Shown here: piece after piece, positions 40,441-48,862 of the stretch | Layout of the letters: each line of letters opens with the position of its first letter | Position numbering within the stretch: position 1 is the first letter of the stretch | DNA from: a virus | Direction: 5' to 3' (one strand) | Virus record (IMG/VR): IMGVR_UViG_3300035698_006183 | Location: 24,797 to 88,796 of that record | DNA length: 64,000 nt | Position numbers and translations under genes: made by a program | Notes under the pieces: model-generated | Databases searched by the model: none | What the model was told of the DNA's origin: nothing | The model's input: the letters and a program-made list of their open reading frames with translations, nothing else

Positions 40441-40478
40441 AAAGCCCCGATAGGTTAATCCTGTCGGGGCCTTTTTAT
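40441..40478. terminator. Rho-independent terminator, probably bidirectional
   Basis: Stem GCCCCGATAGG / CCTGTCGGGGC with TTAAT loop, T-tract on the right and A-tract on the left, between convergent genes. Confidence 0.85.
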
Positions 40479-41417
40479 TTAGATTACTATTCCGTAGTAA
40501 TGGGCAAGAAGAAGTTTTCTCACGAGCCTTTTGTAAGCAATGGCCACTTCCCATCTCTTTTCAAGAGGGTTCCATTTTCGTTCCTGTCGGGGAATAGAAG
40601 TTTTCAGTGCATCTTTGAATTTTCTGTTAAAAGGAGTTTTGACATATACCAGAGTAGCATCTGAAGTTAGGGCTTTCGGGTTCAACACAGGCTTCTGGGC
40701 TGGAGTAATAGGTTGAGGCTTTGGTGCAGGCTGGGTTAATGATCTCTGGTAGTCACGGAGGTCAGTCCAGCGTTTTCTGGCAATTGTCCATACTCCAGTA
40801 GTATCATCTGCTTTAGTTCCACAGGCCAGTTTACCACCAAGGTAGATACCCAGAATGATGTCGAGGAGACGTTTCTGGTTCATTGGTACATTCCAGATAA
40901 GTTTCCGTCCCTGTTTGGTTCCAGTATCTTCAGCATTTGGAATTTCATTCATGCTTTTAATGATTTTCCATTGGTTGGGGATGGCTACGAAGTATCTGTC
41001 ATTGTCAGCATCCTTCAGGATAGTGACCTGAGTTCTGTCAACTTCCAGACGATCAGCCATTTCCGTGTATCCGAGTTCACGGATGATACGGGAACATTTG
41101 AAGACTTCATTACGGTCGTGGTATTTACAGGCAGCCCAATACACCAGCAAGTTGGAACCGAGCCGTGCATTGGCTTTTTTGTTGTTCACCAGTTTACGGA
41201 AGCCGTGGATGATGTCCTCTGGGAGTCCTGAAATCAATAGGAGTCCCAGAGATGACATAACCATCTCTTCAGTTGGTTCATGGAGGGGGTTGTAGTAGCG
41301 TTTGGAACATACAGGGCCAATACCATGTTCAACAGATTCAGCATCTGTTAAAGGTTTGCCACATATACAGCATCGGGATGCTGTGAGTTTCGTGATGTCA
41401 GTGTTAGGGTTTGTCAT
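40479..41417 (-). CDS. DUF6011-type Zn-finger protein with C-terminal HARP/DUF5710-like domain
   Basis: CCICGKPLTDAESVEHGIGPVC; VKTPFNRKFKDALK..RKWNPLEKRWEV; AGGAGG RBS. Confidence 0.65.
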   Translation of the reverse strand: MTNPNTDITKLTASRCCICGKPLTDAESVEHGIGPVCSKRYYNPLHEPTEEMVMSSLGLLLISGLPEDIIHGFRKLVNNKKANARLGSNLLVYWAACKYHDRNEVFKCSRIIRELGYTEMADRLEVDRTQVTILKDADNDRYFVAIPNQWKIIKSMNEIPNAEDTGTKQGRKLIWNVPMNQKRLLDIILGIYLGGKLACGTKADDTTGVWTIARKRWTDLRDYQRSLTQPAPKPQPITPAQKPVLNPKALTSDATLVYVKTPFNRKFKDALKTSIPRQERKWNPLEKRWEVAIAYKRLVRKLLLAHYYGIVI

Positions 41418-41438
41418 AATCAAAGTACCTCCTTACAT

Positions 41439-41468
41439 CAACAACTCGAAACTCAGACCAACTAAGCC
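41439..41468 (-). promoter_or_regulatory. Phage bipartite promoter-like motif, copy 1 (GGCTTAG-N13-CGAGTTGTTG)
   Basis: Minus strand GGCTTAG ttggtctgagttt CGAGTTGTTG, just upstream of the RBS of the 41417 gene. Confidence 0.8.
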
Positions 41469-41475
41469 AATTCTT

Positions 41476-41601
41476 TTAAAAGGTGCTAAGAAATGCTGAG
41501 ACTTGGTCACTGCAGCCAGAACATTGGCTGAAACCAGCGGCCACGAGGCCGATAACGACAACTACAACCATGAGTTCCACGAGTGTGTAACCTTTTTTCA
41601 T
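41476..41601 (-). CDS. 41-aa type IV prepilin-like micro-protein (not in the ORF track)
   Basis: Manual translation MKKG|YTLVELMVVVVVIGLVAAGFSQCSGCSDQVSAFLSTF: class III signal with G-1 and E+5; GAAAGGA RBS upstream. Confidence 0.8.
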   Translation of the reverse strand: MKKGYTLVELMVVVVVIGLVAAGFSQCSGCSDQVSAFLSTF

Positions 41602-41641
41602 TGTTCGATCCTTTCAAGTTAGGGTTTAGTATCTAAAGCAA

Positions 41642-41833
41642 TCAACAGTTGGGTACAACTACGTAACAGAAACCATCTTGGAGTTTAGGGTCAAATCTGA
41701 TATAAACCCTGTCAGCCTTGAAAGGGACCATTTCACAATCCCCACCGATCTCTATTAGATTTTTCAGATGATCCTCAAGAAGAAAAGGTTTTTGATCAGT
41801 GTATGTGGATTCTATTGAGTTCTGTTCGGCCAT
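41642..41833 (-). CDS. Hypothetical protein (63 aa)
   Basis: AAGGT RBS; operon position. Confidence 0.55.
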   Translation of the reverse strand: MAEQNSIESTYTDQKPFLLEDHLKNLIEIGGDCEMVPFKADRVYIRFDPKLQDGFCYVVVPNC

Positions 41834-41845
41834 GATAGTTTACCT

Positions 41846-42163
41846 TTAGGATACGAAAGCCGTAGCAATACGGTTCAGGTCTTTAATAATATCTTTGAAC
41901 GCTTCTGGGTGGATGTTAAGAGCTAGTTCAATCTGGTAATCCCGTTGGGGGTTTTTACTGATAATATTTGAGAAACCATTGTTCTCCGTCCATTTTTCCA
42001 GACGAGCATAACTCTGGAAACGGTAGGTGCTGTCATAATGGATGTTAATCTTGAATCTCTGAGTGCCAATACCAAACAAAATCGTTTGGTTGTAGTTACA
42101 TTCATTCTGTAGGTCTGCAAGAAAACCAGTGTCTTCAATAATAGTGATTTCAGCTTTAGCCAT
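41846..42163 (-). CDS. Hypothetical protein (105 aa)
   Basis: GGAG RBS; first gene downstream of motif copy 2. Confidence 0.65.
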   Translation of the reverse strand: MAKAEITIIEDTGFLADLQNECNYNQTILFGIGTQRFKINIHYDSTYRFQSYARLEKWTENNGFSNIISKNPQRDYQIELALNIHPEAFKDIIKDLNRIATAFVS

Positions 42164-42202
42164 TATATGCTCCGTTTCAGTAAATTTTAATATTCTCTAC
42201 CA

Positions 42203-42232
42203 CAACAACTCGAAACTCTGATAAACTAAGCC
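42203..42232 (-). promoter_or_regulatory. Phage bipartite promoter-like motif, copy 2
   Basis: Minus strand GGCTTAG tttatcagagttt CGAGTTGTTG. Confidence 0.8.
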
Positions 42233-42246
42233 GAGAAAATTATTTT

Positions 42247-42276
42247 GGCTTAGTTGCTCCTACTTCCGAGTTGTTG
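42247..42276 (+). promoter_or_regulatory. Phage bipartite promoter-like motif, copy 3 (divergent from copy 2)
   Basis: GGCTTAG ttgctcctacttc CGAGTTGTTG. Confidence 0.8.
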
Positions 42277-42319
42277 TAGTGTAAGACGGAAACGTCATTT
42301 AAACCAGGAGATGAAAAGA

Positions 42320-42922
42320 ATGGCACTGTTAATGTTACAAGACGCTGAAAATACTGCTAAAAGGATGCGTCCGTGGTCTCTCAGACTGGAATTTACAGGG
42401 GTCAATGCAAACAATAAAAATGGAGTTAGTGATAAATATTGGTATGCCACCGGACGAGGGCTGAATGAAGCCGTCGAAATCGGATGGGGTGCCGTAGGAA
42501 AAAAATCTCAAACATTACTCACCACATGGGCGGAACTTAGGAACAGGCTTCCAGACAAGCTCGCCAAGGGCTATATGTATGTTAGTCATCCCTATGTCCG
42601 AATGTCTGCTGGTAATATTGCCAAGATGCTCGGTCAAGTTCCAACACCTCCGCCTCCCTCACCCAAGACGACAGCACCTGCCAAGAAACCGAAGCAGGTA
42701 GCTGTGTCGTCCCAACCTTCAAGTAATTGGGTGATGGGTGCTGCTCAGAAAGCTCTGGGTCGACCGTGGGATTTGATTTGGAGCCTCCAGATTATGCGGA
42801 AGAATACACGAGTTTTTGGCTTCACAGCTTTAGACAGGGGTGGTAAAGAACTTCTGAAATTTGATGTAGATGGTGGCCGAGAATTTGCTCGAGATCACAA
42901 TCTGGACATTATTTTTATATAA
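42320..42922 (+). CDS. WGR-like domain protein
   Basis: SDKYWYATGRG..VEIGWGAVG..KLAKGY followed by a Pro-rich linker; start placed after AGGAG. Confidence 0.55.
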   Translation: MALLMLQDAENTAKRMRPWSLRLEFTGVNANNKNGVSDKYWYATGRGLNEAVEIGWGAVGKKSQTLLTTWAELRNRLPDKLAKGYMYVSHPYVRMSAGNIAKMLGQVPTPPPPSPKTTAPAKKPKQVAVSSQPSSNWVMGAAQKALGRPWDLIWSLQIMRKNTRVFGFTALDRGGKELLKFDVDGGREFARDHNLDIIFI

Positions 42923-42935
42923 AATGTCGTTTTTT

Positions 42936-42965
42936 GGCTTAGTTACTCTAAGTAGCGAGTTGTTG
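42936..42965 (+). promoter_or_regulatory. Phage bipartite promoter-like motif, copy 4
   Basis: GGCTTAG ttactctaagtag CGAGTTGTTG. Confidence 0.8.
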
Positions 42966-43004
42966 TAGTAAGAGGCAACAAAGCCTGAATAAAGGAGCAA
43001 GACA

Positions 43005-43790
43005 ATGAAACATTTAATAAAAACAGCAATCCTGACAGCCATTTTGATTATTTCCCTTACAGGTTGTGGAACCATCATAAGTGTTGGTGACGGCAATCCC
43101 TTTGAAGACGGTGACGTAGATTCCGAAGGAACTGAACTCGATGGTGATGTAGAAGATTCTGAAAACGAAGCACCTTTACCTGATGGTGACACGGAAATTA
43201 CCGAAGATTCCGAAGATACCGAAGATACCGAAGATACCGAAGGTGAAGACACTGAGGATACCGAAGGTGAAGACACTGAGGATTCCGAAGATGTTGAGCT
43301 TGTTTGTGATGAGCCCGATGATTTTAGTGATTTAATTTGGCTTTTTGCTGAAGATATGGATAATAATCTAATAACGGAATTACATATAAATATAACTTGG
43401 AATCAAGCTAACAACTACTGTGAAGGTCTGGAACTTGATGGTTTTGATGACTGGAGACTACCTACAATCCACGAACTTCGTTCATTGATAATTGAAGATT
43501 CCTGTCCCGAAGCTGAAGAATGTGGCCTCATAGACCGTTGCTTACAAGGACTTGAAGAAGACAGTTCTTGTAATAAGATATGTGATTGGGACCAGAATAT
43601 AAATCCTGAAGGTTATGGTGACCTTGATTATGTTATAAGTAGTGTGAGTTATTGGTCATCTACAGAATCTACAGTTGAAGATGAACATTGGATTTTGAAT
43701 TTTGCACATGCTTCATTGAATAGTGGTAATGAAAACCATATACTTGCTGGAACATGTGTCCGTTCAGATGAGGACGAGGACATTCTATAA
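43005..43790 (+). CDS. Lipoprotein with acidic repeat stalk and DUF1566 (Lcl C-terminal, C-type-lectin-fold) domain
   Basis: Lipobox LTG-C; TWNQANNYC..DDWRLPTIHELRSL..YWSST..WILNF..CVR. Confidence 0.8.
   Translation: MKHLIKTAILTAILIISLTGCGTIISVGDGNPFEDGDVDSEGTELDGDVEDSENEAPLPDGDTEITEDSEDTEDTEDTEGEDTEDTEGEDTEDSEDVELVCDEPDDFSDLIWLFAEDMDNNLITELHINITWNQANNYCEGLELDGFDDWRLPTIHELRSLIIEDSCPEAEECGLIDRCLQGLEEDSSCNKICDWDQNINPEGYGDLDYVISSVSYWSSTESTVEDEHWILNFAHASLNSGNENHILAGTCVRSDEDEDIL
43200..43292 (+). repeat. In-frame tandem repeats: 9-bp (A/T)CCGAAGAT units plus two 24-bp ACCGAAGGTGAAGACACTGAGGAT units
   Basis: Read directly from the sequence; encodes TED/SED and TEGEDTED repeats. Confidence 0.9.
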
Positions 43791-44002
43791 TGGACATGAT
43801 TTATCGGGTAGCCATAACGGTTAGCCCCGACCCTACAGACGATACTCCACAATACAGAGAGGTCACTGCCAATAGTGACCTCTCTGCTATTGGTAAAGCT
43901 CTCGAACTGGCTCACAAGATGACCCCTCCCAAAGCCCCTAAAGAAGTTTGGGTTCATGCTTGGGGTAAAGATTTTCATGTGATAGAGACACCTACTGGGT
44001 AG
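43790..44002 (+). CDS. Hypothetical protein (70 aa)
   Basis: TAATG coupling to the upstream gene. Confidence 0.55.
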   Translation: MDMIYRVAITVSPDPTDDTPQYREVTANSDLSAIGKALELAHKMTPPKAPKEVWVHAWGKDFHVIETPTG

Positions 44003-44045
44003 AATTATCATACTATAACCCCACGCCTGTTGAGAGGTAACACTT

Positions 44046-44381
44046 GTGAATGACGAGGAAATCAGAACAGAAGGCAAATATATTGTCATCTATGAAAAAA
44101 AATCTGGAAGGATGCCAGAGTATGGTTCAGTATCCCAAGTTAAAGTTGGGGATGTTGTAAATATATATGGAGACGAAGGCCATCAGGCTTTTAAAGTTGA
44201 TAAGATAACTGGTTCTAAGTGGACCAAGAAGATACGTTCAGCCCCAACTTCTTATCATGGATTCGTCCTTACTGGAGCACAGACCATAGACCCCCGAACT
44301 ATCCGTCGAATACTACGACTGAAAGAAGGGGAGAAACATGCCCCTACGATGGAAGAACGTGAAAAAGCCGACAAGGACTAA
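44046..44381 (+). CDS. Hypothetical protein (111 aa, possibly SH3-like barrel)
   Basis: GAGG RBS with GTG start; VSQVKVGDVV motif. Confidence 0.55.
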   Translation: MNDEEIRTEGKYIVIYEKKSGRMPEYGSVSQVKVGDVVNIYGDEGHQAFKVDKITGSKWTKKIRSAPTSYHGFVLTGAQTIDPRTIRRILRLKEGEKHAPTMEEREKADKD

Positions 44382-44662
44382 GTTCTGAGTATCTTCTGTA
44401 GTCGGGCAATCTGTCCCTTCAGATGCTTTTGAGCAATTACCTTTGCTCCTTCGGGTGTTTCTGCATGTCCAAGTGTTTCTGTATGTTCCCACCAATACTG
44501 GTCATCCACACCATTAAACTCAGACTCTGTAACCTTTTCAACTTGTGTTTGGCAGGTATACTCAATTCTACCCCCTGAGAACTCCTCGGGTCCAACATGG
44601 TAACGATAACCAAAATCCTGTATTTCACAAACTTCTGCTTCTCCTGATTCTTCCCACTTCAT
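44378..44662 (-). CDS. Hypothetical protein (94 aa)
   Basis: AGGAG RBS; lies downstream of UvrD. Confidence 0.6.
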   Translation of the reverse strand: MKWEESGEAEVCEIQDFGYRYHVGPEEFSGGRIEYTCQTQVEKVTESEFNGVDDQYWWEHTETLGHAETPEGAKVIAQKHLKGQIARLQKILRT

Positions 44663-44678
44663 AATTCTTCTCCTTTTT

Positions 44679-47264
44679 TCAAAGACTGATTTTATCTATC
44701 AGTTTTTCTTTCGTCACTGCATGTTCAATGTAAGATTCATTGATGAACTGACTGGAAATTCCAGAGTGTTGGTTCGGGATGTCAATCATTACACAGCGTT
44801 CCATTGCCCTTGTAATGGCCACATAAGCCAACCGACGCTCTGACCATAGCTCTGAACATTCAGGCATGGTATCCTTCTTCTTCCGTGTCCGTGGGAACTT
44901 CCCACCAATCATAGGAACGTACATGTTCCGAACTTCCAAACCTTTCCAACTATGAACTGTGCCGATGGTGACAGCATCTCGGCCTATATGGGCGACAGTA
45001 TCTGCTGTAGAAATCTTCTCGTTCACTTCTTGAAGTGTTCGAATGAATTCCATTGTGGGTCCTAGCTCGTCTTTGTCCTTCATCAAATCTAACAGAGGCT
45101 CGATGGGAGCCATTGCCTGTTCCAGAACCATCGTTTCGGAAGGAACTCCCGTTTCAGACTGACTGGCCAAGTCACCCATGATTCTATCGTTGTCCAGGAT
45201 GCCCTGAATCATCGTCTGCTGCAATGTTTTGTCGTCTATGCCTGTCAGGGTCATGATGTTGGAGACCAGCCCCAGAGGGCTTCCTGTGAACTCTGTGACT
45301 TTTTTTACATTCTCTGCAAAATGCTCAGCATATTCAGACCATTCTCCGAAGCTGTAGATTTCTTTCCAGCCCCCAGACGTGAGCCATTCACTCCAACCAC
45401 CGACGGCCAAGGACTTCATCTTGGCAAAGAACTTCTGGCCAATCAGGGAACGAGGACTCTTAGCTGCCAGAGACAGAGCTTTCTCTACTTCTTCATCGGT
45501 GCTATTCAGTCCTTTCTCAGCAATCGTCAGCCAGGCAATCAGAGCTTTGGTGTTGGTGTCCTTGAAGAACCTGACATTGGATTTGAAAGGGATGCCTTGT
45601 TTAATCATCTCAGCACTGTACAAGTAGGCTTCTGCATTGGAACGAACCCCGATGCCGAAATCTGAATACTTGACGGAATCTCCACCGGTGTTCTTGAAGA
45701 ATTTGATATCATCAGCAATAGAAGCTGCAGCGGAGGCCGTCGTCGGCTCAGTTCTCTGGATAACATAACCAGAGCCATTCCGTTTGACATCAGCTTTACA
45801 GACCATTGGCACTTGATGTTTGTTGTTTGAGATGAGTTTGTCAGCACACCTGATGATATCCTCACCTGACCTGTAGTTCAAATCCAGGATTCGAGTGTCG
45901 AATACACCCTGGTCTTCGGTGAGGTCAGACTTCTTGATGAACTCGTCAGGCTCAGCCCCACGGAATTCGTAGATAGCCTGCCGGTCGTCACCAATCAGAG
46001 CATAGGTGTCAGCAGTCATGTCGCCTGACTCCTTCGGCTCCATCGAGTCAGGGTCAAGTTCACCTGAAATCAGGCCGAATAGGAGGTATTGAACTTGGTT
46101 GAGGTCTTGTGCTTCATCTACCAGGATAATTCTATACATTTTTTGAATCTCTTGAAGTATCTGGGGGTCTCCAGATAGAGCTGTGACAGCATCAATCAGA
46201 AGATCATCGAGGTCACCACAGCCAACGAAGCTGGGTTCTCCATCAGCACTCATGAGCCACTCATAGGCTCCGTAAACGGCAGCTTCTGTAGAGTGTGGGT
46301 CGAAGGGTCCGTGGCCTGCCCATGCTTCTGAGGGGCTAATTCCTTTCCCTTTGAAGACACTGATGGCATTCTTGAATCCACCGATGGGGAGCAGTTTAGT
46401 TTCTCCTCCCTCAAGCTCTCGGGTCATTTTCCGACCTCGGTTGAACCATTGGTTAGCTGGACGTTTGTAGAACACGTAATTCTCCAGGCCGAACCTGGAA
46501 GCAGCTACTTTCGGGATGGGGGTGGCCGTATCCATCTGGGTGATGGGAGGTTTTATCTTGGCCAGCATGTTGACTAGCATCTTTCGTTGTTTCCAAGTGA
46601 AACCGCCTGGGTCTCTGTCCTTGATACCATGAAGGAAAGGTAGCACGGTTCCTCGAACCCAACTGGCTGGTCCAGGTGACCATTTGTGGGCAGCATCATC
46701 GTAGAACAGCAAAGCTCTGTCCATAATCAGGGTGTGTTCGTCAGATGAAACAGGGTACTGAGGGTCTAAGGCCATTGGCATACCTACCGTGTCCTGTACT
46801 TCTCTGGGGCCATCTTCCCAGAAACACTCTGGGTCTGGAGCTGTTGTTTCCTGAACAGAGTTGAAAGATACTTGCTGCATGGCCAGCCTGACTAATGTAG
46901 TCTGATTCCACCATTCGTTTTTTCCGAAGTATCGTGCTCGACGATACGAGGGAGCCACAGAGTTCAGGATTCTCCCTGCAATGGAATGGGTGGTTCCGAA
47001 GGTGTAGCTTTTATCTAACTCCACACCAAATTCTTTTACTCGTCGAATCAACTCTGAGGCTGCTTTGGTAGTGAAGGAAGTGGCCAGAATTTGTTGGGGG
47101 TCTACTCCCAATTCATTGGCATGATAGGCAACCTTGGCAGCCAGGGTTCGTGTTTTCCCTGACCCTGCTCCAGCAGCTATTAGAACTTTCCCTCGACTCA
47201 TCATAGCTTTCTCTTGGTCGGGGGATAATTCAGCTTTTTTTCCTGTCTCTGTCGAATACTTCAT
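44679..47264 (-). CDS. UvrD/PcrA/Rep-family SF1 DNA helicase
   Basis: AGAGSGKT, SFTTKAASE, TTHS, LVDEAQD, GDDRQAIYEFRGA, NYRS, TVHSWKGLE, ERRLAYVAITRA. Confidence 0.95.
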   Translation of the reverse strand: MKYSTETGKKAELSPDQEKAMMSRGKVLIAAGAGSGKTRTLAAKVAYHANELGVDPQQILATSFTTKAASELIRRVKEFGVELDKSYTFGTTHSIAGRILNSVAPSYRRARYFGKNEWWNQTTLVRLAMQQVSFNSVQETTAPDPECFWEDGPREVQDTVGMPMALDPQYPVSSDEHTLIMDRALLFYDDAAHKWSPGPASWVRGTVLPFLHGIKDRDPGGFTWKQRKMLVNMLAKIKPPITQMDTATPIPKVAASRFGLENYVFYKRPANQWFNRGRKMTRELEGGETKLLPIGGFKNAISVFKGKGISPSEAWAGHGPFDPHSTEAAVYGAYEWLMSADGEPSFVGCGDLDDLLIDAVTALSGDPQILQEIQKMYRIILVDEAQDLNQVQYLLFGLISGELDPDSMEPKESGDMTADTYALIGDDRQAIYEFRGAEPDEFIKKSDLTEDQGVFDTRILDLNYRSGEDIIRCADKLISNNKHQVPMVCKADVKRNGSGYVIQRTEPTTASAAASIADDIKFFKNTGGDSVKYSDFGIGVRSNAEAYLYSAEMIKQGIPFKSNVRFFKDTNTKALIAWLTIAEKGLNSTDEEVEKALSLAAKSPRSLIGQKFFAKMKSLAVGGWSEWLTSGGWKEIYSFGEWSEYAEHFAENVKKVTEFTGSPLGLVSNIMTLTGIDDKTLQQTMIQGILDNDRIMGDLASQSETGVPSETMVLEQAMAPIEPLLDLMKDKDELGPTMEFIRTLQEVNEKISTADTVAHIGRDAVTIGTVHSWKGLEVRNMYVPMIGGKFPRTRKKKDTMPECSELWSERRLAYVAITRAMERCVMIDIPNQHSGISSQFINESYIEHAVTKEKLIDKISL

Positions 47265-47316
47265 CAGGGTCCTTTATTTTCATTGTGGGTAGGGTATTAG
47301 ATAATAGGAGGTTCTA

Positions 47317-48045
47317 ATGAACATACAAATTATCAGTGATATCCATGCCGAATTCTATCAAGATGGTGGCCATTCCTTCGTAAAAACTCTTGTTCCTAAA
47401 GATAATACCCAAATTTTGGTGATTGCAGGGGATTTCTGTAAGGTAGATCAACACAGAGAGCTTGTCCCAATCCTGCTCAAGGCTTACCCTCATGTCATTA
47501 TGGTAGCTGGGAATCATACCTATTACCAGAGTAGTTATGAAGAAGTCTGGGAAGAGCTGAATAAGCTCACTGAGAAGTATGAAAACTTCCATGTTCTGGA
47601 GAACAGCTCCGTAACCATAGAAGGCCAGCGGTTCATTGGGGCTACTATGTGGTTCCCGGACACAGAAGAAGCAAGACCCCACCAGGGAATGCTTAATGAT
47701 TTCCATGTCATTCAGGGTTTCAGAACGTGGGTATTTGAGGAAAATGCTAAATCTGTGAAGTATCTCACGGAAAATGTTAAGAATACTGATGTGGTTGTAA
47801 CTCACCACCTCCCAAGTTTTCAGGTATCTTCTTCAAAATGGGCTACATCTCCACTCCAGCCTTTCTATATCTGTGATATGGAGAAACTCATTGTTGACAA
47901 ACAACCTAAACTCTGGGTGTTTGGCCATACTCATGATAGTCACGACTCTACCATCAAAAAAACTCGGCTGATTTGTAATCCTTTCGGATATGCCGATTAT
48001 GATGAAAACCCTGACTACCAGAAGAACCTGATAATTTCCGTTTGA
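47317..48045 (+). CDS. Calcineurin-like metallophosphoesterase
   Basis: SDIH, AGD, GNH, THH and GHTH motifs. Confidence 0.9.
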   Translation: MNIQIISDIHAEFYQDGGHSFVKTLVPKDNTQILVIAGDFCKVDQHRELVPILLKAYPHVIMVAGNHTYYQSSYEEVWEELNKLTEKYENFHVLENSSVTIEGQRFIGATMWFPDTEEARPHQGMLNDFHVIQGFRTWVFEENAKSVKYLTENVKNTDVVVTHHLPSFQVSSSKWATSPLQPFYICDMEKLIVDKQPKLWVFGHTHDSHDSTIKKTRLICNPFGYADYDENPDYQKNLIISV

Positions 48046-48046
48046 T

Positions 48047-48062
48047 GGTTAAATCCCTATAA
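48047..48062 (+). promoter_or_regulatory. Putative late promoter motif GGT-N8-TATAA
   Basis: GGTtaaatcccTATAA before the GGAGG RBS. Confidence 0.4.
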
Positions 48063-48085
48063 ACACCATAAGGTGGAGGTACTGA

Positions 48086-48862
48086 ATGCACCGAATGAAC
48101 TTGGTCAGCTATAAAGGGCTGTTAGTTTGCCGTGAAATGGCAACGGCTCTTCAGATAGCAGATAAAAAAGCTGCTGAGATTGGTAAATGGCAGATGATCC
48201 TGGAAGGTCCCGAAGCAGGGCTTGAAATGGATAATCCTTTGTCATTGAAACCAGCAGGCCGTGAGATTCATGTTCATCTGGATAGAGAGGACATCACCGA
48301 CCCCCAGACGAAGCTGAATGCTTTGTGGGGATTCTTGGTGCCTCTGGGGTTTGTTCCTCATCAACGGTATCCTCTGGCCGACCAACCCAAGGCCAATGTA
48401 TTCTATTTTCTGGGTCCTTGGAAGATTATTCTCGACCAGTTGATGTCTGAAGGTCGAGGACATCTGGCTTGGCCGTCAGTTTGTGCAGCTACCCAGACAG
48501 ATGTGGGTACATGGGCAAGTGATAACCCTGATCAGAGATTCGTTCAAGGACAGCTTCACAGGATTGGGAAGAATGTTGGTGCAGTAGATGGCATCATCGG
48601 TCCCCGGACAGTTGAAGCTATGGAGAGTCTGGGGTTGAATCGGGCTGTGTTTGCAAAAGTACAAGAGTTTTTAAGGACCGCAGAACCTCCCCAGAGAGAA
48701 CCGATGGCTCGAACTACTGGGCATGTAGCTATCCCAGGCTGGGATTTGAATGTGGTGGCTTTTGGAGGTGTGAAGTCAGTACAAACACGTCAGGGTGCAA
48801 CCCTCACCATTGATGGTCCTGGACGGGTCATTATTGATGTTGACGGAGGAGTTCCAAAATGA
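48086..48862 (+). CDS. Peptidoglycan-binding-domain protein with degenerate M15-peptidase-like N-terminus
   Basis: VQGQLHRIG..GAVDGIIGPRT is the PG_binding_1 signature. Confidence 0.55.
   Translation: MHRMNLVSYKGLLVCREMATALQIADKKAAEIGKWQMILEGPEAGLEMDNPLSLKPAGREIHVHLDREDITDPQTKLNALWGFLVPLGFVPHQRYPLADQPKANVFYFLGPWKIILDQLMSEGRGHLAWPSVCAATQTDVGTWASDNPDQRFVQGQLHRIGKNVGAVDGIIGPRTVEAMESLGLNRAVFAKVQEFLRTAEPPQREPMARTTGHVAIPGWDLNVVAFGGVKSVQTRQGATLTIDGPGRVIIDVDGGVPK

Noticed and set aside
41439-42965. CRISPR mini-array or attachment sites from the repeated 30-bp motif
   Set aside because: Copies are dispersed, lie on both strands, have variable centres and always precede genes; they are not regularly spaced repeats.
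43200-43292. CRISPR or iteron repeats
   Set aside because: The units are multiples of 3 and encode an in-frame acidic linker.
43400-43790. DGR target (DUF1566 is a C-type-lectin fold often diversified by DGRs)
   Set aside because: No reverse transcriptase and no adenine-variant template repeat were seen in the window; this cannot be excluded elsewhere in the genome.
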